From NCBI GenBank assembly GCA_040901675.1, contig JBBDYJ010000001.1, positions 1 through 43,517 of the forward strand: DNA of 43,517 nucleotides, in the 5' to 3' direction. The notes beneath the pieces were generated by a model. That model saw only the letters and a program-made list of their open reading frames with translations, searched no databases and had not been told where the DNA came from. Position 1 is the first letter of the stretch. The number at the start of each line of letters is the position of its first letter. The position numbers and the translations under genes were made by a program. Below are positions 8,074-17,924 of the stretch, piece by piece. This DNA comes from Pirellulales bacterium (GTDB lineage Bacteria; Planctomycetota; Planctomycetia; Pirellulales; JAICIG01).

Positions 8074-11049
8074 ATGCGCCGGATCCATCGATTCGCGGCT
8101 TGGGCCGCCGTAAGTCTGTTGGCGGCCGCGGCCAGTGCCGAGGAAAAACAGGCGGAATCGCCCGCCCTTGAAGTCATCAAGCTCGCTTCGCCGGCCAACG
8201 CGTTTGCATTCGACTCTGCCAGCGGCACGCTGGTGGCCGTGGACTCACGCGGGGGGACCGTGGCGGCCTACTCGCGAGACTTTCTGAACGGGAAATCGGC
8301 GAAGCCGGTCGGGCCGGTCAAGGTGGGGCGAAAGCCGGTTGCGGTGGTCTATAAGCGCTTCAAGGACAAACGCTACGTCATCGTGGGCTCGCTCGACGAA
8401 TCTGGCTTGCGCGTTCTGGAGGCCGATACGCTCAAGGCGGTCAAGCGCGTCGCTCTGCCAGGCAAGTCGGTTTACCACCTGGCCACGTCGGCCAGCGATA
8501 CGGATCCTTACGTCTATTACAGCGTCGGCATTGATTCCTATGATCCCTCTTATCCGCGCGATGGAACCGTTGGACGCATGGACGTAGAGAAGCTGGCCGA
8601 CGCGGACCAGTTCCAGCTCGTCGCCGACGAAGTGGTGCTATCCCCTGACGGGCGTCGCTTGTATGCCCGGCGGGCCTTCTCGTCGCCGTCCGGCTTTGCG
8701 GTGTACGAAGTCGTCTCGGGAGAAACGGGGCCGACCGCGCTGCGCAGGCTGCACGAGGAGCACGAAGACGCGCCAAGCTATGTGCCCGACCCATATAACG
8801 AATACGTCGCCGTCGGCCGCGCGCTGTACACGCCCGATCTTCGCCGCAAGATTACCGAGCTACCATTCTGGCCCAACGCCTTCTTCTCCGACCGGCCGTT
8901 GATCGTGGGCCTGGCCGACAGCGCCGGAACACAGCGGTTCGGCGTATCGCCCGACTCGCCGCCCATTGCGCTGGTCGTGGCATCCTACAACACACAGCAG
9001 GAGGTGGGGCGACTGGCGCTGCCGGGCGACTTTTTTGCGGCTGCGTTGCAAAGTCAGCGGGACGACCGGTTCGAGGATCTAATGCACACAGCCTTCCGAG
9101 TACACGTCTTCGCCGACTCCGCCGGCGAGCGCGTGCTGGTGGCTCTTGTCGATAAGGTGTTGCCGATCCGGCTGGCAGATCTCAATCTGCCGGCCGAACC
9201 GTTTCTGCACGTCGTCGTCAAGTCCCCGCGGCATTTCTTCCTGGGTGAGCAGTCTACCGTCCGCATGACCGCCCTGGACGAAAAGTCCAGGGTGGAACTG
9301 CTCGATGCCCCCCAGGGGATGAAGTTGGCAAACAACGCGCTCACCTGGACCCCGGGCGCCCAGGATACCGGCTCTCAGACCATCACCCTGAAAGTGTCGA
9401 AGGGGGATCTCGCCCGCGAGCAGGTGCTGCACTTCGATGTGACGGCACGTTATATGAAGCTGAGGTTCGAGGCCGAGGGGTTCTTCGTGAGCCCCGACGC
9501 TCGCTGGGGCGTGGCCTGGGCGAACGGGCAAGGCCAAGACGACTCGGATACCTGCCGTGTGGCGCTTTTGGACCTTGCCCAGCGTCGCGTTGTCTCACGC
9601 AAGCTGGCCCATCGCATCAGCGCGGCCGCAGCCGATGAGCATTACGTCTATGTCGCCGTGCAAGAAAAGAACACGTTTCTGGCCCTCGACCATAAGGCGC
9701 TGGCCACGCAAAGACGGATTTTTACGGAGGGATTCCCATCCCAGTTCAACCTCGACGTTCCCGGTCGCCTGGGGGTACTGCAGCATGGCGGCTTGCTGGA
9801 GCTTTCGACGCCCGAGCTCAAGCCGTTGCCCGACGCGCCAAAGCCACGGCTGGTGGAGCATTGGGTCAACTCCGAGGGGCACGTGCCACGCCGCCTCCCC
9901 GAAGGAATCTATTACCGAGGTTGCGTGTTCGACCGAGAACTGAAGCAAGTCCGCCTTCTTTTCAACCTGCCAGATTGCTTGCAACTCCACCCCCGGCCTT
10001 TGGAGCATTTTCACCCGGATGAAAGCCCCGTGCTGGAGCCGTGGGACCGTTCGGCAGCACATGGCGGATTTGGCGTCGGAATCACCGACTCGCAGGGGCG
10101 GCCGATCATCCGCACGAATGGCGGTGTGGACCTGTCTCCCGATTTTCCGCTGGCGGTCTTGCTGGGCAGGGCCCATGAGGCGGACGACGTGCGGCTCGTG
10201 CTTGCCTTTCACGAAATCGTGACGGGGGCTGAACTCGAGTCGCTGACCCTCGCCACGTCGCCCCGCGGGTCGTTCTTTGCGGAATCCACTGACTCGAATT
10301 TGCCGGTCTTCGTGCGTGGCAAGCAGGTTTTTGCGTGCGTGGGAGACCGAGTATTCGTGTATACGCTGACGGATCAGCAATTGAAGCAATTTCCGGTCCC
10401 CTTCTGTTTCGAGCGCGTACAAGAAAAGCTGGTGCTGGATTCAAAGGGCGAGGCAACGTTAACCCACAAAGTCCGAGGCGCGGAAGGCCAGGTCGAGTTC
10501 GAGCTCGATGAGTCGCTGGCGGGCTTGCAATTGCAGGGCATGAAGCTGGACAGCCAGTCCGGCGCGTTGACCATCGACGGCCCCGCCCTGACGAAGTCGA
10601 TCATATCGATCTTCGCCCAGTCGGTCTCTCGGCGCATGGTCCCAGGCTTTGAGGATGTGGACGCCGTCACCGAGGCCACGCACGAGAGGTTCCGGCAACT
10701 GGTCGGCCGCCCGTCAAAGGGCATGCCGATCCTCGTTCCCGTGAGGCTGGTCGCCAGGGACGAGAGTCAACAGATTGCGCGTCTCAACTACCTGGTGTTC
10801 CTGGAGCTGCCCGAGGACGAGGCCAGGGCCGCGCTAGCGGCTGGTCCCGAGGCCGCGTCACCGGCACCAGTGCCCGCCATACCGGTCCCAATCCCAGGCG
10901 CCCCGCGGCCTCCTGCCGGTACCCTGGAGCAGCGGCTCACCGCGATGGAACAGCGCCTCGCGCAGCTCGAAGCGAAATTGGATTCCGTGCTTGCCGCGCT
11001 CAAGCCTGAGCCCGCCGAAGAACCGGCTGATTCCCAGGACGAGGAATGA
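8074..11049 (+). CDS. Large secreted protein with beta-propeller (YncE/YVTN-like) and putative Ig (He_PIG-like) domains
   Basis: RBS AAAGGAGG. Signal peptide ending AAAASA. Propeller-like VKVGRKPVAV and LSPDGRRLYA. Ig-like APQGMKL...LTWTP...TITLKVS. Pro-rich linker and C-terminal coiled coil. Confidence 0.8.
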   Translation: MRRIHRFAAWAAVSLLAAAASAEEKQAESPALEVIKLASPANAFAFDSASGTLVAVDSRGGTVAAYSRDFLNGKSAKPVGPVKVGRKPVAVVYKRFKDKRYVIVGSLDESGLRVLEADTLKAVKRVALPGKSVYHLATSASDTDPYVYYSVGIDSYDPSYPRDGTVGRMDVEKLADADQFQLVADEVVLSPDGRRLYARRAFSSPSGFAVYEVVSGETGPTALRRLHEEHEDAPSYVPDPYNEYVAVGRALYTPDLRRKITELPFWPNAFFSDRPLIVGLADSAGTQRFGVSPDSPPIALVVASYNTQQEVGRLALPGDFFAAALQSQRDDRFEDLMHTAFRVHVFADSAGERVLVALVDKVLPIRLADLNLPAEPFLHVVVKSPRHFFLGEQSTVRMTALDEKSRVELLDAPQGMKLANNALTWTPGAQDTGSQTITLKVSKGDLAREQVLHFDVTARYMKLRFEAEGFFVSPDARWGVAWANGQGQDDSDTCRVALLDLAQRRVVSRKLAHRISAAAADEHYVYVAVQEKNTFLALDHKALATQRRIFTEGFPSQFNLDVPGRLGVLQHGGLLELSTPELKPLPDAPKPRLVEHWVNSEGHVPRRLPEGIYYRGCVFDRELKQVRLLFNLPDCLQLHPRPLEHFHPDESPVLEPWDRSAAHGGFGVGITDSQGRPIIRTNGGVDLSPDFPLAVLLGRAHEADDVRLVLAFHEIVTGAELESLTLATSPRGSFFAESTDSNLPVFVRGKQVFACVGDRVFVYTLTDQQLKQFPVPFCFERVQEKLVLDSKGEATLTHKVRGAEGQVEFELDESLAGLQLQGMKLDSQSGALTIDGPALTKSIISIFAQSVSRRMVPGFEDVDAVTEATHERFRQLVGRPSKGMPILVPVRLVARDESQQIARLNYLVFLELPEDEARAALAAGPEAASPAPVPAIPVPIPGAPRPPAGTLEQRLTAMEQRLAQLEAKLDSVLAALKPEPAEEPADSQDEE

Positions 11050-11117
11050 CCTCACGTCAACGTTCAGCCACCAGCTATGGACGGTCGCCGCCCTCTTCGC
11101 TCCCCCCTTCCCCCGCT

Positions 11118-11260
11118 CACTGATTGGAGGCCGCTCTAAGGTCCGCCGAGGGCGGAAGAAGCAGTGCCGTATGAGAATCCCGTTCTTCAAGCGGGCATCA
11201 GGCCCCGAAGAGCACTGCTTCTCGATGCCGGCCACGCCGGCACCTCCAAGCAGTGGCACA
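11118..11260. repeat. Inverted pair of REP-like palindromic elements (REPIN-like)
   Basis: Copy A (11118..11168, +) CACTGATTGGAGG...GTCCGCCGAGGGCGGAAGAAGCAGTGCC. Copy B (11212..11260, -) TGTGCCACTGCTTGGAGG...GAGAAGCAGTGC. Both match 34683..34741. Confidence 0.75.
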
Positions 11261-11431
11261 TCGAAGTCTGCCTTTGGAGACCTTCTGCATTCTCCTTCAA
11301 TGTCCCTCTTCCGCCGCCTGAAAGGACTGCTCGGCAGTCAACGGGCCGGCCAGGGGGCCGGTGTCAAAGGAGACGCGGACAGCGAAGCCGCCGCCGCTGG
11401 GCACTCGCACGGAGTGCGAACAGAACGTGCC

Positions 11432-12616
11432 TCAGCCGAAACTGGAAAGCGCCCGGGACAGCCGCTCGCCGGCCGCATCGCAGAGCTCGATTCGGGCACT
11501 GGCTTCCCAGGGCTGCCGGCGGTCGGCGCGAATGCCGCAATGGGCCAGGTACAAGCCCGCCGGCGTCCGCAGCGCGGGCGAGACCAGTATCTCCGTGCCG
11601 GGCGCGGAGGGAGTGTCGGGCGACAACCGGGCTTCGAGGGCAAGGCCGTCGAGAAGATCGATGCTCGTCTGCTCCCCAGCGCGGACTTCGACTACCGCCC
11701 CGCTGTCGCCGCCGAAGCGGTAGCTCCAGGTCTTGCCGCCGGAATCGGCCAGGTCGAACACAAGCCCCGTCAGGCGGTAGACGCCATCCGGAACGAGCAG
11801 CGGCTGATCGAGGCCGTGGACGGCCGCCAACTCGCCGACGTCGCTCACGAACGTGGCCGAGAGACTGCCGGGCAGCACGGCACTGCCCACACGGCCGAGC
11901 GTGAGGCGCAAAGTTCCGGTGGCCGTGCTTCGCGGTACCACCTGCACGTTGGAGGCGGTCGGGTCGCAGCGCACGATGTATTGAGCGCCGCCATGCGCCA
12001 GCGGCGCGCCAAGCGGGAACTGCTCGCCGAGCGGATCGAAGTTGCCATCGGCGTCCAGGTCGATCAGGAGCCGGTCGTCGCCGGCCGTGAAGCAACCGTC
12101 GGAGTTGGCGTCGATGAGAATGGCGGGCAACCGGGCGTCGCCCAACGTCACGTGGCCGACGGCATAGCCGCGCACGGCGTAGCGCAACTCGCCGGTGAGC
12201 GGGGAACGCCGGAACAGGATCGTGCGGCGGTGCCGCCGGGGCTTGCCGTCGGCAGCCACGGTCACCACGGCCTCGACTGCCAACTCCGCCGAACCCAACG
12301 TGTGGCACTCGCGGTCCGAAATGCGGCCGCCGCCGTTGGCATCGAACCACAGTTGGCCGCCGCCGTCGTCCGAGGGCTTCCACGCCAGCGGCAGGGGTGC
12401 ACCGGCGGGGAGCCCCAGCGGCAGCGAGCCGTAACTGGCGCCCTCGCCGGGCGCGGTCTCGTACGAGAGCCTCACCGGATCGGCGCTCAAGCGCACGGCG
12501 CGATAGACGAGCAGGCTGCGCCCCCCGTGCTCCGCCTCGTCCCGGAACTCGAAGCACTCGCCGGCGGGCGATCCGTTCGCGGCAACCGCAAGGCACAGAA
12601 GCAGGGCCCACCACAT
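11432..12616 (-). CDS. Secreted hypothetical protein with DxDxDG-like motifs
   Basis: Signal peptide MWWALLLCLAVAANG. Motifs DANGGG, DANSDG, DLDADGNFD. Starts 2 nt after the M56 gene stop. Confidence 0.8.
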   Translation of the reverse strand: MWWALLLCLAVAANGSPAGECFEFRDEAEHGGRSLLVYRAVRLSADPVRLSYETAPGEGASYGSLPLGLPAGAPLPLAWKPSDDGGGQLWFDANGGGRISDRECHTLGSAELAVEAVVTVAADGKPRRHRRTILFRRSPLTGELRYAVRGYAVGHVTLGDARLPAILIDANSDGCFTAGDDRLLIDLDADGNFDPLGEQFPLGAPLAHGGAQYIVRCDPTASNVQVVPRSTATGTLRLTLGRVGSAVLPGSLSATFVSDVGELAAVHGLDQPLLVPDGVYRLTGLVFDLADSGGKTWSYRFGGDSGAVVEVRAGEQTSIDLLDGLALEARLSPDTPSAPGTEILVSPALRTPAGLYLAHCGIRADRRQPWEASARIELCDAAGERLSRALSSFG

Positions 12617-12618
12617 CG

Positions 12619-15600
12619 CTACGGCTCCTGGCTCGGGAACCAGATCGCTCCAGACGGGTACATGTACGCCGGCCGGTCGAAAGACGGTATGGTCAAAAGC
12701 TCGACCATCGACATCAACTGTCTCAATCGCCCGTCGGTTGTTTCCTTGAGCGCCGCGGGCAGCTCCTCATCGAAAAGCTGGACCGCGCGTTCCAAGTCTA
12801 CCAGGGCCCATGCCTGCAGCCATTCGCCCCGGTCGATCGAACCGACACCCCCCGAGCCGACCAGGTCGCGGCGCGGCTCGACCCGCTCCAGCAGCTCGCG
12901 GGCGGTGCGCCGATCGACCAGCGCCAGCAGCCGGGCCGTCGTCACCCAGCACTCGAGCAGATCCACTTGCGATTTCAAACCGACCGTGGGACGAGCGGCC
13001 ATCACCTGGTAGACCACGGCCTGCATGTCCGGGTAACCGACCTGGTGGGCCTGGCAGGCCACGTGCGCCGCGAAAGTGCTGGGACCGCCATAGTTGCTCC
13101 ACCCGCTGAACTCCTCCTGCTGATTGCGGTGGATCTCGAGGCTGCGGTCGATCAGCGACCAGGCGAGCTGGGGATCCGATGGTTTCACCCCCACGGCCAG
13201 CCAGCCGAACGCCTCGGCCTTGGTCTTGGCCGAGCCGCGGCCTTCGATGCCTTCGACAATGGCCACGGCTTCGGCGGGACGCACCCGGGCCAGGGCGTAG
13301 GCGATCCGCATCTTCACCCGGTTGAGCTCCGACCCGCCCTTGGGAAAGTCGCGGACGACGTCCAGCGCCTTGTCGGGCTCTTGCGCGCCGATCGCTGCGG
13401 CGATGTTGCCCAGGTAGCGCTCGCGGTCGCCGGGCTTTTCGATCGGCTCGACGAGCGCAAGCGCCTGCTGGAGATCGTAGGGAGCCAGGGCCGCGGCCAC
13501 GATGCCGCGCGCATAGCCCTGGTGGTCGTCCGAACCCAGCTTGGCAGCCATCCCGGCCGCCTCGGCCAGAGCGGCTCGTCCGGGTTCATCCTGGCCCAGC
13601 CGGATGGCGAGGGCGGCGGCATTGGCCATGGAGTACGCGCGGTAAGGTTGATCGTGTGCGCGCGCGCGGACCATCGCCTCCTGAACGTACCGGAGCGCCG
13701 TCGCCGGCTCATCCGCGGAAACTCGCTGCGCGAGGTCGAGAAGCGCGCGAGACGCGACCTGGGGCCGGGCATCGCCCAGCACGGCCAGGACCTCATCGGG
13801 GTCGCCGGCCACGCTTTCGGCAGCGATCGGGCGTACGCGGTCCGGGTGCCAGCCCCCCGCCTGTTTGGACCAGGCGAGCGCCGTGGCCGGATCGAGCCGC
13901 GCCATCGACACGAGTAATCGTGAGAGGCTCCAGTTCTCCCAGAGCCGCCGGTTCGGATCTTGCTGGTTGATCGGCCACAGTCTTTCGAGCCATTGGCGGG
14001 CGACCCGCCGCTCCGCTTCAAATGAACCAGCCTGGGAAGCCTCGCCTTGCATAGGCGGCTTATGGTCCTTGCGCATGAGCTCGAGCGTGGCATCGGAAGT
14101 ATCTGTCGGCACGCGCAGGCCGGCAAACCGATATCCGTCGTGCTCGGCGAAGACGTATACGTCGCCGGGGAAAAATCCCGCCAGGCGGAAGCGGCCTTGC
14201 TCGTCCGTCGTGGTATGAAGCGGTTGCGAGGCGTCGCCTGAGTTGAACACGTGGACGCCGGCCAGCGGCGCGCCATTGTGAAGCACTTTTCCTTCCACAA
14301 AGTGGCCCGTGTGCTCCAGGACGATATCGGAAAAGTCGTGTGTTTCGCCCGGCTTTCCCAAGAGTTGAGCCGACTCGAATTGCGCGTATCCCTCGGCATC
14401 GACGGTGATGTTGTAGCGGTCGCCCGGCCAGAGGGCCTTCGATTCGAACGTACCGTCGGCATTCGAGACGAGGCTGTCGAGCACCGAGCCGACTCCGGAC
14501 AGCCCGGTGCGCCCGCTCACGTAATTGCGGTTCCACCAGAGAACGATCGGCGCCTTGCCGATCGGATTGCCGGCCGCATCAACCAACCGGCCGCGGAGGC
14601 GAAAGGCGCTGCGGTCGGAGACAACCAGGCGAGCGGCGCCCTCGACGTCGGCCGGCACCACGACGACGGCCCCATTGGTGACCGCGGTGCTGGTGCGGGC
14701 CCGCAACGGCAGCGTATCGGCGGGATCGACCTGGATCAGCGTGACTTTACCCTCGGCGTTGGTTCGGGCCAAGTTGCCGCGATTGTGGATAGAGGGTGGA
14801 CGAACCAGATGCACTTCGGCGTCCGCGACCGGCTGACCGGCGTTGTCGACGACTTCGACGGGTAGGCTCAAGGCACGTTCGAGGCGGATTGGCGGCAGCT
14901 CGGCGTCGGCAGACGCTGACGCTCTAAAAAGCCGCTCGCCGTCGCCCGGCGGGATAAAGTTGTCTGGTACCTTCTGGACGCGGGCCGCGACGATGCCCGG
15001 TTCGGCATAGCCGCTGTAGCGTCCGTCGGCGTCGGTGGTCACGCTGAGGCGCTGGATCAAGGAATCCTGCTCGGTAATGTTGCACACCCAGATTTCGACT
15101 CCGGCGATCGGCTGACCGTCTTCATCAAGGACCTGACCGGCGACTTCAATCGATCGCAGGACAGGGATGGAAATGCCCGAGACCTCCGCGCCGGCCTGGA
15201 CGTCGACGGGCGCGATCGGTCTCGCATAGAGGTTGGTCGAGTAGTCGGGTTGGGGCCTGATGTCGTATCGGCCGGCTGGAAGACCGTCGACGCGGAATGT
15301 CCCGTCCTTCGTGGTGGCAAGAATCTCGTAGAAGTTCATCGCGACATCGGCCGCATTGAATTCCACCGGGTCCAGTTGCATTCGTATGACAAGTTCCATG
15401 GGAGGCGGCTGTTCGATATCGTCAGGCAGCACCAGCGAGCCGCTGATGCTGCCCGCCCTGTCAAGGCGAATCGTCGCGTGCGTGCCCGTGTCCCAGATAA
15501 CGTTGGGGCGGGCATGTCCCTTTGCCTCGACGCCAGCTATCAACCCACCTTCGCGCGGCATGCCGGGAATCGAGAAGCTGCCGTCCTCGGCCGTCGCTGC

Positions 15601-17409
15601 TTCGAGCTCGCTGGCCAACTGCAGCGGAAGCTCGACGGTATTAAAGTTTCGTTCGCGGCCGGATCCCGCCTTCAGGTGCCTGGGCTTGATCCGCGCGGCG
15701 GCGATCGGTTGTCCAGCGGTATCGAGGAGTCGCCCTCTGGTTTCGGCCACCTCGCGCAACTCGACGTTGTAAGGGGGTCCAACGTTCCGGCCGGCGCGGT
15801 TCGACCAGCCAATCCGCTGTTGGGCGTCGCGTCCCAAAACCTGTGGCTGGCGGACGCGAGGGGCGAACGCTTCATCACGCGACACTCCGGGGAACGTGAA
15901 GCGACCGTCGGCCTCCGATATAGTCTCGGCCAGAACTTGCGGCGGCTCATCGTAGCTGCCGCCGAGCAGCCACACCGTGACTTGGCCGGCCGGCTTTCCT
16001 TGCGGATCGTACACGGTGCCGCCGAAGTCAGCGGCCGTTTCCGCCGGCGGATCGGCGCGGTTGCCGTTCTCTTTGCCGCCGACCTTCACCGGTTCTGTCG
16101 GTTGCACCCCTTTATCAGTGGCCGGCCGTTTGTCGGCCGACGGCTTCGGAGTCGGCTTATCCCTGGGTGCGGCCGCTGAATTGCTTCGGTCCATTCCCGG
16201 CAGCGTCAGCGCCGCCAGCACGACGAGCAGGCCCAACGTGGCGGCCGACAGGCGCGGCGTGCGCCGGACCGCGTTGTCCATGATCCGCACCAGCCGCCGG
16301 CCGATCGGGTGAAGGCCGCGTGCCATTTCCATCGTCATCCGCAGCCGGGGTCGGGAGGCGACCGCCGTGGCCACGCGCAACAGCGTCTGGCAATACGCTT
16401 CCGGCGTCGCCATGCCGCGGGCCAGCAGCAGGTCGTCGCAGCAATCTTCGCGAAGCTTGCGCAAGCTGCGGCTGACAAGCCAGGCAACCGGGTGGAACCA
16501 CCAGGCAATACAGACCAGGTGCTGTGCCCAGTTGATCCAGGCGTCGCCGCGGCGCAGGTGGATCAGCTCGTGCGCCAGCACGGTGTCAAGGTCCGGCTCG
16601 GAAAGCGTTGCGGCAAGCGAAGAGGGGAGCAGCACCGTGGGCCGCAAGATGCCAAATGCGACCGGCGAGGCGACATTCGACGCGACCAGCAGCCGCGCGC
16701 CGCGGGGCATCCGCAACTCGCGGCATAGACGCTGGAATCGGGCCAACGGCAAGGGGCCGGGCTCAGCAGCCTGCCGCACGCGGCGGCTGAGCAGCAACAT
16801 CTGGCATGCGGTCCAGGACAAAAGCACGAGCGCGCCGAGGGCATGGACCAACATCAGCCCGGCCTTCCATCCGGGTCGCCACGAGGATGCGAAATTGCCG
16901 ATTCCGTGCGAAGCGGCCGCCGTGGCGCCAGCCGGCAGGCCATGGCCGCTCCGCGCGGACCTGGCCGGCGCACCCGGCGTGCGAGTCGCGACATGGGACT
17001 CGCCGGTGGCGGCTGCCACCGGAACCTCGCCGGCCGGATGAGTTTCGACGCCTGGGATGGATGCACCGGTGGTCCAGGGCGGCTCGGGCGATAGGCCACC
17101 ATCGTCAAACCGCACCGCCAAAGCCTCGCCGGCGAAAAAGTCTTCGTCACTCGGTTGAGCGGGCACTTCAACCAATATCGGGCCCACCCGGCTGAACAGG
17201 CCCGTTGGCGCCGGCAGCCACGGCGGACAGGCGAACTTGGTCAGGGCGATCAGCAGGATTCCGTAGCGCAGCGGCGAAGGCCACCGGCGGCCAAGCCGTA
17301 GAACCACGAGCAACACCAGGCCCAAAACGGCAGCCTGCCAGGAGGCATGCAGGACATAGCTCCACCAGGTCTCCGCCCAACGGTCCAATGGATGCATGAG
17401 AGTAGTCAC
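12619..17409 (-). CDS. BlaR1/MecR1-type M56 metallopeptidase with carboxypeptidase-regulatory-like repeats and helical C-terminus
   Basis: N-terminal TM helices. Motifs SPVAFGILRPTVLLP, AHELIHLRRGD (HExxH), WFHP, REDCCD. Repeated G.V.D..G.P.AGA.V...TD.DGRF modules. GTG 17409 follows AGGAG. Confidence 0.9.
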   Translation of the reverse strand: MTTLMHPLDRWAETWWSYVLHASWQAAVLGLVLLVVLRLGRRWPSPLRYGILLIALTKFACPPWLPAPTGLFSRVGPILVEVPAQPSDEDFFAGEALAVRFDDGGLSPEPPWTTGASIPGVETHPAGEVPVAAATGESHVATRTPGAPARSARSGHGLPAGATAAASHGIGNFASSWRPGWKAGLMLVHALGALVLLSWTACQMLLLSRRVRQAAEPGPLPLARFQRLCRELRMPRGARLLVASNVASPVAFGILRPTVLLPSSLAATLSEPDLDTVLAHELIHLRRGDAWINWAQHLVCIAWWFHPVAWLVSRSLRKLREDCCDDLLLARGMATPEAYCQTLLRVATAVASRPRLRMTMEMARGLHPIGRRLVRIMDNAVRRTPRLSAATLGLLVVLAALTLPGMDRSNSAAAPRDKPTPKPSADKRPATDKGVQPTEPVKVGGKENGNRADPPAETAADFGGTVYDPQGKPAGQVTVWLLGGSYDEPPQVLAETISEADGRFTFPGVSRDEAFAPRVRQPQVLGRDAQQRIGWSNRAGRNVGPPYNVELREVAETRGRLLDTAGQPIAAARIKPRHLKAGSGRERNFNTVELPLQLASELEAATAEDGSFSIPGMPREGGLIAGVEAKGHARPNVIWDTGTHATIRLDRAGSISGSLVLPDDIEQPPPMELVIRMQLDPVEFNAADVAMNFYEILATTKDGTFRVDGLPAGRYDIRPQPDYSTNLYARPIAPVDVQAGAEVSGISIPVLRSIEVAGQVLDEDGQPIAGVEIWVCNITEQDSLIQRLSVTTDADGRYSGYAEPGIVAARVQKVPDNFIPPGDGERLFRASASADAELPPIRLERALSLPVEVVDNAGQPVADAEVHLVRPPSIHNRGNLARTNAEGKVTLIQVDPADTLPLRARTSTAVTNGAVVVVPADVEGAARLVVSDRSAFRLRGRLVDAAGNPIGKAPIVLWWNRNYVSGRTGLSGVGSVLDSLVSNADGTFESKALWPGDRYNITVDAEGYAQFESAQLLGKPGETHDFSDIVLEHTGHFVEGKVLHNGAPLAGVHVFNSGDASQPLHTTTDEQGRFRLAGFFPGDVYVFAEHDGYRFAGLRVPTDTSDATLELMRKDHKPPMQGEASQAGSFEAERRVARQWLERLWPINQQDPNRRLWENWSLSRLLVSMARLDPATALAWSKQAGGWHPDRVRPIAAESVAGDPDEVLAVLGDARPQVASRALLDLAQRVSADEPATALRYVQEAMVRARAHDQPYRAYSMANAAALAIRLGQDEPGRAALAEAAGMAAKLGSDDHQGYARGIVAAALAPYDLQQALALVEPIEKPGDRERYLGNIAAAIGAQEPDKALDVVRDFPKGGSELNRVKMRIAYALARVRPAEAVAIVEGIEGRGSAKTKAEAFGWLAVGVKPSDPQLAWSLIDRSLEIHRNQQEEFSGWSNYGGPSTFAAHVACQAHQVGYPDMQAVVYQVMAARPTVGLKSQVDLLECWVTTARLLALVDRRTARELLERVEPRRDLVGSGGVGSIDRGEWLQAWALVDLERAVQLFDEELPAALKETTDGRLRQLMSMVELLTIPSFDRPAYMYPSGAIWFPSQEP

Positions 17410-17423
17410 GTCAATCTCCTGCA

Positions 17424-17819
17424 CTAGTCGTTCTTGGTGTGCTCGCGGCGCAGCTTGTCGAGCAGTTGCTCCAACTGCTCGAGCTGCTGGGGTGTGGGTG
17501 GATGGGTTTCAAACAGGGCCGAGACCAGTGCCAATCCGTTGCCGGCAAAGATCCGCTCGACCAGGTTGGCCAGCAGCCGGCGATAAGTCCGCCGCGGCGG
17601 AACGGCCGCCCGGTAAAGGAAGGCCTTGCCCGTCTTTCCCTTTTGGCGCGTGACGAGCCCCTTCTGTTCCAGCCGCTTGAGCAGCGTGCTCACGGCCGCA
17701 TGGGTCATGGGGCGAAAGCCGCTCAGGGCCTCGCGGACCTGGCGGGCCGACAGCCGGCCCTGCCGCCAGAGACAGGCCATCACCTCCAGCTCGGCGTCGG
17801 GGATATCGTGCACGGCCAT
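17424..17819 (-). CDS. BlaI/MecI/CopY family transcriptional repressor
   Basis: Motifs IPDAELEVMACLW, VSTLLKRLEQKGLV, KAFLYRAAV. Immediately upstream of the M56 gene. Start ATG 17819. Confidence 0.93.
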   Translation of the reverse strand: MAVHDIPDAELEVMACLWRQGRLSARQVREALSGFRPMTHAAVSTLLKRLEQKGLVTRQKGKTGKAFLYRAAVPPRRTYRRLLANLVERIFAGNGLALVSALFETHPPTPQQLEQLEQLLDKLRREHTKND

Positions 17820-17864
17820 GGTCCGACTCTTTTGTGGGGCTGAGCGATGCGGTCCGTCAGCCGC

Positions 17865-17918
17865 AGTATATCTACGCACGTAGATATTGCAAGAAAAAAA
17901 TCTACGTGCGTAGATTTT
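17865..17918 (-). promoter_or_regulatory. blaI promoter with two palindromic operators
   Basis: ATATCTACGCACGTAGATAT (17868..17887) and AAAATCTACGTGCGTAGATTTT (17897..17918), 30 bp apart. Minus-strand TTGCAA-16 bp-TATACT straddles the first operator. Confidence 0.8.
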
Positions 17919-17924
17919 CCGCCG

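Noticed and set aside
10991..13012. 673-aa plus-strand ORF
   Set aside because: Overlaps the REP pair and runs antisense to the 394-aa secreted gene and the M56 gene. Its composition is not protein-like.
12619..17819. Beta-lactam resistance locus (blaR1/blaI/blaZ)
   Set aside because: No penicillin-binding sensor domain was recognised, and there is no adjacent beta-lactamase or PBP2a gene.
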